Of a DNA stretch of 64,000 bases, positions 12,901 to 24,578 are shown piece by piece. Each line of letters starts with the position of its first letter. The stretch's first letter is position 1. This DNA is from Glaucostegus cemiculus (lineage: Eukaryota), in the NCBI GenBank assembly GCA_976551045.1, contig CDPCPM010000011.1, positions 5,580,001-5,644,000 on the forward strand, written 5' to 3'. The notes under the pieces were generated by a model. That model saw only the letters and a program-made list of their open reading frames with translations. It had not been told where the DNA came from and ran no database searches. A program made the position numbers and the translations under genes.

Positions 12901-15894
12901 GTGCAGTTTCAAAGTTACTTCAAATATTGCTGTGAAATGGACAGCCATGAATAAAAATTATACCATTCAGCTTTAACATTAAGATGATACTTTATAGCCA
13001 CTATTTCTCTAAAACAAAATGGTTTGAAGAAATGAAATTCAAAGCTGCATGTTTTGTACCACATTCAGTTCAGTATGCAATGAATCATAAAAATTTCATG
13101 ACCTCTCTGAGTCTACCATTGTTAGGAGATCACTCTGCAGATTCAGACTAGGTCAAAACTGCTTCAAACAGGACTGAATTACAGCAGCTCTTTTAGTCCC
13201 AAATTGCACAGGACAGCAGTTAAACAAATTCTGAAATATTAATGAAGTTTGAGACCATGGGAAAAGCACGTAAGTGATGAATTCAAAAGATATGCACATA
13301 AAAATTGCTTGTTTTGGATGGATTTGGTTAGAAGCAATTGTTTTATGGACTGCCTCTTATGAAATGGGACATATAGTCTGACCAGCTATATCTACAGGAC
13401 TGGGGAGGTTTGTGATAGGAGGTGGAGTTCAAGTTTTCAATCTAATTGAAATAAACTACCCAAGAGTCTACATTTTGACACTTCAAAATCTGACCTCCTT
13501 GCACAAGGAAACAGCTTCATACCTTTAAATTTAATGCAGCTTTAATGTAATATACTCCTTCTTTCTTTCCTCAAAAAGGTAGGCTACATTACAATGTATT
13601 CTAAAATCATATTTCCATTTATAAAACATATTAACATAATGAAAAATGCAATGAATAATGTTTGATGTATGGAGATTATCAATCCTATGATTTTGATTCC
13701 TGTATTATACGAGAAAAGATCACAGAATACTGATCAGATTTAGCAATCTAAATTGCATCAATGTGCCTGGGTCCTACACAAATCAAACAACAGAAATGAT
13801 ACTGAAGTGACCAATTCATCACTGAATTGTGGAATGACTTCTCAGCACAACTGACCTAAAGTGCCACTTCATCGTTCATTTAGGAATCACCCTTCCATGG
13901 AGAAATAGAGTGTCATTAAAGAGCCTTTCAGTAACATTTATCCAACATGGTCTAACCTGCAGACAAAGTACATTTTGAAAGGATTCTGCAATGTACTTAA
14001 GTATTTTGTGACTGTATTAGTTTATGGGACAGAGAAAAAGCAGCTAATCGCGTACAACCGACCTCATCTAACCCAAGGTCTAGGCAGCATTTCAGCAACT
14101 CATTAAGGAAGCAATATTTACAAAAACCGAGGGAAGTCAACAGGGCCTTTTTGAATTTATTAGTGACATTTTCCTTGGGGTATGCTTGAAACATTGGTGA
14201 CAGAAACCTAATTTCAATGCTTTTGCGTCAAGTCAGTATGATATATTCAAAGATTTAACCGAAGATTTGGATTGTACCAACATTAAAACTAAAGTCTTCA
14301 TTATATCCTCCTTACAGATGCTATTCTCAAGAGTATCTTTTATACATGCTTTAATCTATAGTTTCCCACTATCATTGTTCATCACAAAAATCTTAATGTT
14401 GTTTGCCAGCGATACCTAGAATGATAACAACATTTTGGCCATATACTGCGATGTACAGGACAGTTCTGCACATTGATTTCAAAAGGTCATGAAGCAATCT
14501 AAATTGATGTGCGGGTATCAATGACTTAGAATTCTACTGAGATTGTCAGGAAAGAAGGCAGTCACCCAAAACAGATGTAAAGTGTTGGTCTTCTAATGGA
14601 AATACCTCACGTGTGTACCTTGAGAAAGAAAAATTATTATCGAATAACCTCTGTTAAAAAAAAACCATAGTGTGACAACACCATGGACCTCTTATACAAT
14701 AAATGTGAAGAGATCCCAACTAGTAATAAGGTGTTTGGTAAATGGGCACAAATTATAGTCACTACTTTTCGCTCAATAACAGAGCCAGGACTAAAGAGTG
14801 GCAGTGCAAACTATGGGTGCCTCTGATCAACTGTGTGTGTTCACAGAACCATGTTAATTGGGACAATACCTCTCTTTTCACATTTTTCTGGTGAATGTAA
14901 ATCTAATTATAAAAAAAGTCTGGATCTTAAACTTCTGAAAGGTTCTAAATGTTATAAGGCCTGACAATTGAGTTCTTTCTCTTCCAGAAACAATGGCTGC
15001 TGACTCATGTTCAGGATGTTCAAGTGTTAGCTTCCAACACGTTTGCAGCAGGTGGCAGGGAGAGTTGGCCCCACTTTACTGAATCGCAATGACATGAGAT
15101 TATGAACATTCTGTTCAAAATAACAATACATGATACCCTATTGATTTATGAAAAATATAACCAACACATCAGACAAGTCTACATTTGCTTAACTTTAGCT
15201 TGGATATGAATGAATGGAAAGCAAACCACAGCAGGGCAAACATTTCCTTAAGAAAGATATTCATTTATTATCAATCAATTGCTGTCGACTGACTGCATGT
15301 GAACAACTCTGGTAATCTTAATGGTGCTGGGGCTATGATGCCATATTTGCTCCAACTGTGAGAGCAGGAATGACACTTCACATCAAAGGGTAGTCAAAAA
15401 TAATAGAATGAAAACAAAAACAAAGGGTGGGTGATTGAGATAGAGTGAAACAAAAAGATGGACAGTTAGATCTGAATGGATTGAAAAGGAGGGTGGCAAA
15501 GGAAACAGCCTGTATGCTATATAGTTCTCATTAGTCCTATTCCTGGAAATTTGATTTGATTTCTAAATATTGATATTTTTGAACAAATATATTTGACATG
15601 AAGCTCCTGGGGAACTAGCCTTTTTCTCACGCTGAATTTATTCTGTATTATGGGTAGTCAGGTCATTACTCTGTAAGATTTGCTTTGCCTTCCAGCTGAC
15701 AGTTATTTTTGTGGATTGCTTTATAAACTAAATTGTAACCCTTTTATTGCTCTTGATCAACACAATTGATGTTATGCTGGAATGAATAATTTGCCTGATT
15801 TCTCTTGCCTACCTGCTAATTCATTGTAATATCAGGGCTGTATTTAAAGGGGTATGATCTATCTATACTGGAAGAATGGACCATAAGGTTTTCT

Positions 15895-16120
15895 TTATTC
15901 ATTTCTTCTGGTGTTACTGGCAAGGCCAGCATTTATACCCGGTCCCTACTTACCACTGACAAGGTGACAGTGAATCTCCTTATTGAACCATAACAGTTCT
16001 TCAGATGAAAGTGCAATCACAATGTTTTCTAACAGGGAATTCCAGGACTTAGACACAGTGAAGGAATGGCAATATACTTCCAAGTCAGAATCTATGACTT
16101 GGAGGGCATCTTGCAAGTAC
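15895..16120 (-). mobile_element. Old CR1-clade LINE 3' end (second subfamily)
   Basis: CTGGCAAGGCCAGCATTTATACCC...GGGAATTCCAGGACTT...CAGTGAAGGAATGGCAATATACTTCCAAGTCAG...ACTTGGAGGG. The minus strand encodes VYCHSFTVSKSWNSL. Confidence 0.75.
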
Positions 16121-17104
16121 ATTTTTGCTCTTTGCAATTTACAATGAAATAAAGCAATTAATTCAAACAACTACTCCTATACTCTGTCCTTTCTCTGTTT
16201 TACGCATCACTTCTGCCGTCAATATGCAGACCAACTTTAACAAGTCTTCCCAAATTGTATTTTCTACCACAGCAACACAATTATTCAGGCAGGGACAGCT
16301 TTTCTTGGATGCTGCTGAACAACACCATTAACACCTGTACAATCTTTCTTGCTCAGCCTCTTTTCTCATGTAATGGTTGCAATAGATCTTGATGCTCTCT
16401 CGACTGCTCTCCTTGATCTCCTTTCCTTGTTGAGTTACAGTGTCAGCAAACCTCTCTATACAAACTGCATAGTATGTATCACTCATTTTGTCATGTCATT
16501 TTTTTGCTGCCCTGACTCGCTATTGACACAAATACCGTATAAGGTCTGCACTGAAAGGGACACAAGAGTTAAAACAAGTCTACTACATATACAGTCTACA
16601 TTGGATTGAAGTTAATTCTTTAAAATGATGAACAGGTTTCATAAAGAATTTCAATAAATGTTAGAAAAATTGGCACTGTGACCCGATATTTTTCCAGCTG
16701 ATGAGTAGCCTGAGAAATTTGTTTGTAGGTTAGATTCCTCTTGCGTGCCACTGCATGCTCAACTTATGTCCTGATCTCAGGATTTAATTGTAGTGCTTTT
16801 CAATTCCTATTCTGCAGTCAGTTGTGAGATTTCATCAATCACTTGCAATTTAACAGTTTATATCAGGCATCAGGCAACAAGCAACTAAGGATTCTAACTC
16901 AGTATCAAAAATGTGGTCTCTTTTCAATGTTTTAGGGAATAAGGAACATTTAGTTTAAAATAACTAAAACTGAAGCTAAAACAAATAACCAAAGTGTGAA
17001 TAACAAACTTAAAGGCAACATGATCTGAGTTAAACTGCTGTGAACTGCAATGTGAGTACACCATGGACAGAGGCAACAAATTAACCTGAAAGACTCACGT
17101 AATG

Positions 17105-17230
17105 CACACAAGGTAAGGGCCTTAGGAGTTATAGAACCAAGGTGAGCAGATGGGACTTAAATACAGATCAAGCTCAATGAATGTCAATACAAGTTTGAAA
17201 ATCTGAATGGTCTCCTCCTATTCCTACCTT
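17105..17230 (+). mobile_element. Decayed CR1 3' tail
   Basis: CAGATCAAGCTCAATGAATG...CTGAATGGTCTCCTCCTATTCCTA fits the CR1 tail pattern. Confidence 0.6.
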
Positions 17231-18859
17231 GTTTTAAAGGGATACATTCCCAATTGTTCTTATTATGGTGAACTATATCTTAATGAGATTTGAATCACAA
17301 CCACTTGATGCAACTTTAGCTTGTAAATCAAATGCAAGTTAACTGCATATGAAGATAATATTGGTTACAAGAAAGATTGGTGTGCCTGGAAATTTATCCT
17401 TGGAAGCACTCAACTCACAATATCTAAAAAGGCAGAATGTTGTACTTGCTTCTGAAATTGAGTTAATCAAAGTTCATGTAACCAAATTTCAGAAGCAGGA
17501 TATACATTGTGCCTTAATGCTTTGAAGAAAGTATTACAAATTATGAGAAAGATAGGGACTCAGAAATGTTTTTCTTTGGAATTGTTGAAGGATATGCTTG
17601 CTTGACAAGTTTTACATGAGTTTGTAGTAGCAAAAATGATTTCTGATAGTGTTTTCCTGTGATCACTCACATGGAATCTAAAATATCTGTGTATACCTAC
17701 AAGTCTATATAGCTTAGCAAGCAATTGCTTTATGAAACCTTTTGTGCTCCTGGCCATAGACTCATTTCCCATCAATAATGTTTTTTGTATAAATAATTGC
17801 TGCTTTATAAAAGAAGTTTTTCTATTATTTTAAATTTCAGGTGAGTTATCCATGTAAACATTGTTTCAGCAGAACATTTTTAATCATATTGGCGATATTT
17901 CAAACAGCTTTTATTTCATTTATAGTATCCTAGAAATGAGGCTAACAGGTGTCCACACCAATGAAAGGCACAGCTATAAAAGTTACTCCCACTTCTCAGC
18001 TCCTGGCCATTTTGCTGATGATTTTGGCTCTTCATTCAGCTACCCTTTAAACGTCTTGAGAGTTTCCACTCCACCACATTTTTGGGAACTGTATTCAAGA
18101 ACCCAACTGCTTTTTGGGTGAAATACTTTTTCTGCAACTCTCTAATAATCCCTCAAACAATCCTGAATGAACAGAACAGTTTGAAGTAAAGCAGCAGGTG
18201 AAATAAGAGCAACATTTATTTTTATATGGAAATTCTGCATTTATTGAGTGAACAAATGTTTCCTTTCCAGAAAATGAGGTGCTTTTTTTCATTTCTTAAA
18301 GAAGCAAGAATTTCAAAGCTGTATTCATAATAAGTGATTGTGACATTGAGGAATATGGATACTCTAGAGCCATGCCTCTCAAATATTATCATCCTTCAGG
18401 ATATACTCAACTATATCCCTGACTCCTCCTCCAATAAAAGGCTCTGTTCCAAACAAATCTTGAATGTGGATGACAGGAATTAATGGCTGAGCTCTGTGAT
18501 TATAGTATGTAAATTGGCCAAATGTTGAGATTACTTTCAGGCTTGGTGGCTATTTTCATTTAAAATAGTGCAGTCTTATAATACTAATGACATCTTTTTA
18601 AACAATATATAAGCATAATATACTATTTTGTAAAACATTTCAAAATGTCACGTGACTACGATGTATTAAATTATTGGACTTTTTATTCTTATTGTGCTGC
18701 TTTGTTAACAAAAAATGCTTTTGTCTCAGTGGCATTTTACTGGTTCTTCACTTTCTAGACCTAAAACCAAATGCATTGGCATATTTTGTATTTGTTCATG
18801 ATCCAAGTAGGGACATAATTTTCTGATGGTGCACTCCTCCATCCACTCATCCAAACTAC

Positions 18860-19140
18860 GCGGCATGATAGCGTAGTGGTTAGCGCTACGCTGTTACAGT
18901 GCCAGCGATCGGGGTTCGATTCCCGTCGCTGACTGTAAGGAGTTTGTATGTTCTCCTGTGTTTGTGTGGGTTTCCTCTGGGTGCTCTGGTTTCCTCCGGG
19001 TGCTCTGGTTTCCTCCCACATTCTAAAAAGATGTACGGGTAGGTTAATTTGGGGGTTTAAAATGGGTGGCATGGACTTGTTGGGCCGAAAGGGCCTGTTA
19101 CCATGCTGTAAATAAAACTTAAATTTAAAATTTAAAAAAT
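18860..19140 (+). mobile_element. tRNA-derived V-SINE, full length, with an internal 19-bp duplication
   Basis: A box TAGCGTAGTGGTTAG, B box GGTTCGATTCCC, V-domain, tail GGGCCGAAAGGGCCTGTTACC, then AATAAA and an AT-rich end. Confidence 0.93.
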
Positions 19141-22100
19141 AAATGGGTTACTTCCTCATTAGAACAGCAGGCAGAAGAATCGAAACAGCTAAGAACTGAT
19201 CAGAAAATATTTCCCTTAACATTTAGCTACTTTCAATCTAGAGTTACAATTCTTAGCTCTCTTAAGCAGCTTTCTTGCCTGAAGTGTTTTTCCATGCTGC
19301 ACATACATAAAAGCACTCCTGATATATCAACATTCTTCCGGATAAAAGAGCAAAAGGTTAAAATTTGTGCTGTACAAAATGGAACCTTGAGATAAAAACA
19401 GGTTTTCTCATACTCTTCATATTCATCCTTATTTAATTATGAGCATTAAAAAAACCAGGCTAATTGATTGCAATTTTTTTGGAGAAAACTAGCATTAGAA
19501 GTCCAAATTAACATTAGATAGGTCAGAATCTTTTAAAAAAAAACCTATTATAATTAAATCTGACAACGTTACACGTCCTTTACAGCAGACAAGGCTACTA
19601 TTAATATTCAATAAGAAGATAAAGCTATGCGAAATATCATATTTTGATAAAGCTGTCTGCTGGATTCCAGCTTCAGCAAAGACTGTTAAAGAGGAAGAGA
19701 AACAGAAAGAAGCAAAGATGAAAATAAGGCAAGAGGGAAGATGAAATAGGTGAATGCGTTTATTTTGAAATCCTTGTTAGTTGCACTTTATTTTTCAAAG
19801 CGTCTGTCAGAGTTTTCTAGTCATTTAGACTGCTGTGTGTGGAGAATGCAACCTGTCTGGCTGTGACAATCACAATGCACTCACTTCGATCTCACACACT
19901 AATGAGTGTCAACTTGAAAAAGCCCATTGAAGGGGCAGAAAATTACTCTCCAAGAAGGAATTGACTGATTCACATCATTTCTTGAGGAACCAGTGACCTG
20001 TGAATATTTCATTACAGAAAATCGTGCTGTACATATGAAAACAGCTGCCGGTGCTGTACCACAGTTACTGAGACTGCAAGCAGTGAAGCCTACACAGAGA
20101 TTCACAGGCAATTCACCAGATGCATTTGCTAGTGTATACGTACGGACTGACATGAAAACAGCCAGGTACAGTTGCAAGAGAATACACACAGGATGACAGG
20201 TGTACAGAAAAGCACAGAATATAAAATATATGCACAGATTGACAGGAGGATATTGGGGATACAGACTGTGAAAACTACATACAGATTGATAGAGTCCAGC
20301 TGCACAAAGTCTATGTAATATTTACACAGAAGAAGGATAAAGCCAGGCATAGGGTGTGAAATAAGTGCACGGACCAATGTGGTACAGCTGGCTGCACACA
20401 ACTACAACCAGGACCATTCTCCAGACTTCACCATTTTCAAACAATGTATTCTGAATGCCCGTAAATTTCATCCCGCAGTGACTTCTACCTGATAATATGC
20501 CAGACAACGAACAGGTGAATGTGTGAATTATTCATGTTAGACAACATGTCAGCCTGGCCATAGATTCTTGTTAGAGCCCCACATGTAGCCAGATGTGCCT
20601 GGACAAGCAGAGCAGGAGGTTACCATCAACAGACTGCATCAATCAGTTGGGAAACCTGAGTTATTCTATCTACATATCTCTCAATACATTTTGCAGCACA
20701 ATTCATCATATTCATCTTCTTATGTTACAGAAGCAAAGACGGAATGATCTACCTTCTCATTATATAAAAAAGAATCTGTGAGGGAAGCTGACAAATATCT
20801 GCAGGAAGTCCCCTGGGTTGGTGTTACATTGCATCAGGATCAAGCTCATTGTAATGATAGACTCCCTAGGTCAGATGGTTTCCCATTCTATTGTTCTGTG
20901 CATTTGTGTGTTGCATTGGAAAGTGATACCATTGCAGGTACATTATTGCTCACACAAAACCAGCTTGGATTAATGCAGAAGTGCCACCATAACTGCTTGC
21001 TTACTCACTGGAGAACTATCTCAACTAAACTTGTCAAGTACTGATGGGGCTAAGTTCAATAGATCCTGAATAAAGGCACAAGGTTGTGATATGAAAGAAA
21101 ATGATAACCGTAAAATGCCAATCCATTCTTGTCTCATCACTCCCTAGAAACTTCTGAATTTTGAGATCAACTCTATGAAAAATTCACCTAACTCCTTGCA
21201 GAATCACAGCCAGAAATCAGTCTGTAAGTGCATGATGATCCCTTTAAGTAATGGTTAGGAAGAGGTGGGTGGGGGAGTGTGGGGGTGTTGTTTCTGCTGC
21301 TGAATGCATCTTTAAGAGACATCATGATCTTCCATCTCCATATACTTCAGGCTGGTTCTCAGTGTGAATTCACAATGCCCAACAATAAAATGGCATCTGG
21401 GTTGAGTCATGCTATAATGTGTGGGCGTGTCATGGAAGCCCCTTTGCATCCGTAAGTGCTGTTGTAGCTTTCAAAAAAAGTAGTTGCTAATGATTCCAAT
21501 TTTATCCACAGAATTTCTTCCCTTTGCAGCATACATACTTTATGATACAGAGTTTTCCTGTTACTATACAGCACAGAAACACTATTTTATTTCTTCTTTA
21601 TTTTGGTGCTAACTGGACATGCTGAGTTACTTGCAAAGAAAAGATTTCTACTTTAGACAGTTGAGAAGACAGCTCCACTCACATGTATTCACTTACTCTC
21701 ACTATGCTAAAAAGTAATAAGGAGTTGTTAAGGGTTTTTTTATTGGGTTAGATAATTGCAATCTCTTCCCACCGTGCAACAGCCATTCTGCATTGTTTCA
21801 TTTAGATAATTCATTAAAACCCAACTGCATTGTGCAGATAACATGACAAGACGCGAATAGTTTTATTGCAATGTCACTGAAAGATGGTGCGACAAAATGA
21901 AAATCATGAGTACATTATAGAGACGACAGAGTTCCATGTTTATTTTTCGACGACACAGTGAATTATGAGGGGGCATTGCTGTATCAATGCAGTTTCTTTG
22001 GGAGGGGCAGGACCGATGATTAGTAGCAGGAAATGGAAGATGGGAGGTTAACTGCAGCAAAAAAATTCCACCTCTGAGTGGGCCATTAGTGCACAGTACT

Positions 22101-22249
22101 AAATTAAATTGTTAAAATTAATGTAAATTCATAAAGCACAGATGTGAAAAGTGAATATGGCAAAGATGTAGCCTCGTAGATTGTATGGAAAGATGCATTA
22201 TTCACAGGAAAATGACAATGCTTAATTGTTATGAGAATAGTTAAAAGTC

Positions 22250-22885
22250 AACTACAAATGGCATTGGTCTTGAGTACAAGAGAATTTGAGAATAAGAGTG
22301 GAGGTGTCTTGCTCCAATTTTATTGGAGCCTGGTGAGCAAACGTTGGAAATATTATGTACAGGCCTGGTCTCTCTACAAGGGTATACTTGCTACTGGGCA
22401 AATGTTCAGCGGATTGATTCCTGGGATGTTTAGTTTATTATTATATAGGGATGGATTAATCAGAATGGTCCTATACTATCTTGGTTCAGAACAATTAGAG
22501 GTGATCTCATTGAAATATACAAAATCCTTATGATGCAGGATAGATACAGTTAATGTTTCCCTGAGCTAGAGTGTCTGTAAGAGGGGCTTACAGTCTCAAA
22601 ATAAGGGTCATCATTCAGGACAGAAATAAGTAGAAATTACCTCATCCTGAGGGTAGTGAATCTTTGGAATTCTGTACACGGCAGGGTTGTAGAGGCTCAA
22701 TTCCCGAACATATTCATGATAGAAGTCAATAGGTTTTAGATATTAAGGGATTCAAGGTGAATGGAGTTAGTGCTGAAAAGTGGGTCTGAGATAAAAGATC
22801 AGTCATGACCTAACGAATGGCAGAACAGGTACAAGGGGTAGGGGTAGAAGGGGTATTCCTGCTTCTATTTTTTTATGTTCTTACA
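22250..22885 (+). mobile_element. CR1 LINE 3' fragment, decayed
   Basis: Translates as REFENKSGGVLLQFYWSLVSKRWKYYVQAWS, RGDLIEIYKIL and RVVNLWNS. It ends TTCCTGCTTCTATTTTTTATGTTCTTA. Confidence 0.88.
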
Positions 22886-23639
22886 GAACAGCATTGTGTT
22901 GAACATACAGGCTGCCTGTATCACACACACTAAAGTAGAAATTGATCTATACACAGCCTGCAAATAACAGAATGCCACACAGAAGCTCAGCATGTGTACA
23001 GATTCCCAGAGATTCATGGGAAACAGGTGGGTACAGCATTTAGAATGTAGGGTGGTACAGTGTTAAAATCACAGGTGGTAAGATCCATGCAGATTTATCT
23101 GAAAACTGTTTGGCAGTCTACTGTAATGACAGGTTGCAAGTTACACTCATATTCATGTTGGAACAGCTTGTCACAGCAGTGATGGACATATCATTAGTCT
23201 ACATACACATAATGGACTCATATGGATTAGATGTATAATCTAATATACAAAGTTGTAGAAATGCTACATTTTATGCACAGAATTTATATACTAAGTATAT
23301 ATGTCTTACCACTACTGCTTGACAAAGTATGTGTATTCTTAAGTGAGTTTAATCAGCCTTTCGTGATAATATTCAGACAGCGTGGTCCATTTGCACTAAA
23401 ACCAATATAAAGGATCATGGCTTAAAGGTGATGCACTTATTAAGAGATTTTTTTTCATAGCAGGTACACAATGCAATTAAAACATCCAAGAGTTATGAGA
23501 CTAACACTGTGATACTGAGGTTGTCCTAATCAGGAGCTACATGGGAATGATTGTTTTGTCAGAACTTGGAGTTAGATGTTTCGCTGTGTTGCTAATGATC
23601 ATTAAAAGTGAAATGGATTACATTTAGGACTGCTTTGGG

Positions 23640-23815
23640 ACCAAGTTGCTTTCATGTCTGCTGAGTTACACCAATTTAGGTTCACTTGTTAGAGACTTGT
23701 TTTTGCTTCATGTAAAGTGCCCTAGGGCAGGGACAGCATCATTAGCTGATTGTTCCCAGCCCTGCTTTTCAGTTAGGAAAGTGAGCCAGCTCAGTATGAA
23801 TCTGACTCCAGCCAG
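23640..23815 (+). repeat. Ancient SINE-like repeat (same apparent family as 37800-38045)
   Basis: TCTGCTGAGTTA...GTGCCCTAGGGCAGGGA...CTGATTGTT shares blocks with 37800-38045. The family is unassigned. Confidence 0.35.
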
Positions 23816-24177
23816 CCATTATTAGCCTCCGAGTCGAATCCCAACTCTTAAAAGGTCAAGCTTGCCTTTTGATTAGGTGGCGATTTTAACTATTTACATC
23901 TCTCCAAAGACCAGAGATTGTACTTTAGGCCGGGTTGGGCATTTGAACTAGTCCAGTTTACTTATCTTGGAAAAAAGCAAAAATTCTCAAGTGAACAAAC
24001 AATCCTGAAAAGAGAAATTGTTTGCTTTGGAAAATGATTGGAATGATCCAAAAATTATTAGTAAAGTGTTTTGCAGTGCCAATAATGTTGCCATGTCAAT
24101 GATTGGAAGGCCATTTACTTCAATCTTAATGTAAAACTCAAAAGGAATTCCAGTTATTAAGAGAGACTGCATTGATT

Positions 24178-24578
24178 TTGTTTTCCTTAGAGGGGAGAAG
24201 CTGAGGGGGTCCTGATAAGGTATACAAAATTATGAGTGGCATAAGTAGGGCAGGTTTACCTAAAGCAGAGAATTACTTAACCAGAGGTTTAAGATAAGGG
24301 GTAAAAGGTTTACAGGAGATCTGCCCAATCAGTGTCACTTAAACATTGTTTTTTCACCAAAAGAGTGGTTCGAATCTGGAACACAGTGCCCGACTGGATA
24401 GTGGAGCAGGTACTCCCACAACATTTAGGAAGTACCTGACAAACACTTGAATTGCCAAGACATTGAAGGCTATGGACCAAGGGGTAGTACATAGTATTAA
24501 CATAGATGGGTACTAGATGGTCGGCATGGATAAAGTGTGCTGAAGGGCCAGTTTCTGTGCTATATGACCATAACTCTC
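24178..24578 (+). mobile_element. CR1 LINE 3' fragment
   Basis: Translates as FSLEGRS...VYKIMSG and FFTKRVVRIWNTVP. The tail is GCTGAAGGGCCAGTTTCTGTGCTATATGAC. Confidence 0.88.

Noticed and set aside
17054-17074. REST/RE1-like site GAGTACACCATGGACAGAGGC
   Set aside because: The right half matches, but the left half lacks TCAGCACC. Too partial to call.
18860-18935. tRNA gene
   Set aside because: The A and B boxes run straight into the V-domain and CR1-like tail, so this is a SINE head.
19899-20507. Overlapping hydrophobic minus-strand ORFs resembling a frameshifted GPCR or chemoreceptor pseudogene
   Set aside because: There are no GPCR motifs (DRY, NPxxY or V1R signatures). The Val/Cys/Leu richness follows from the TG-rich complement of the ACAG quasi-repeat.
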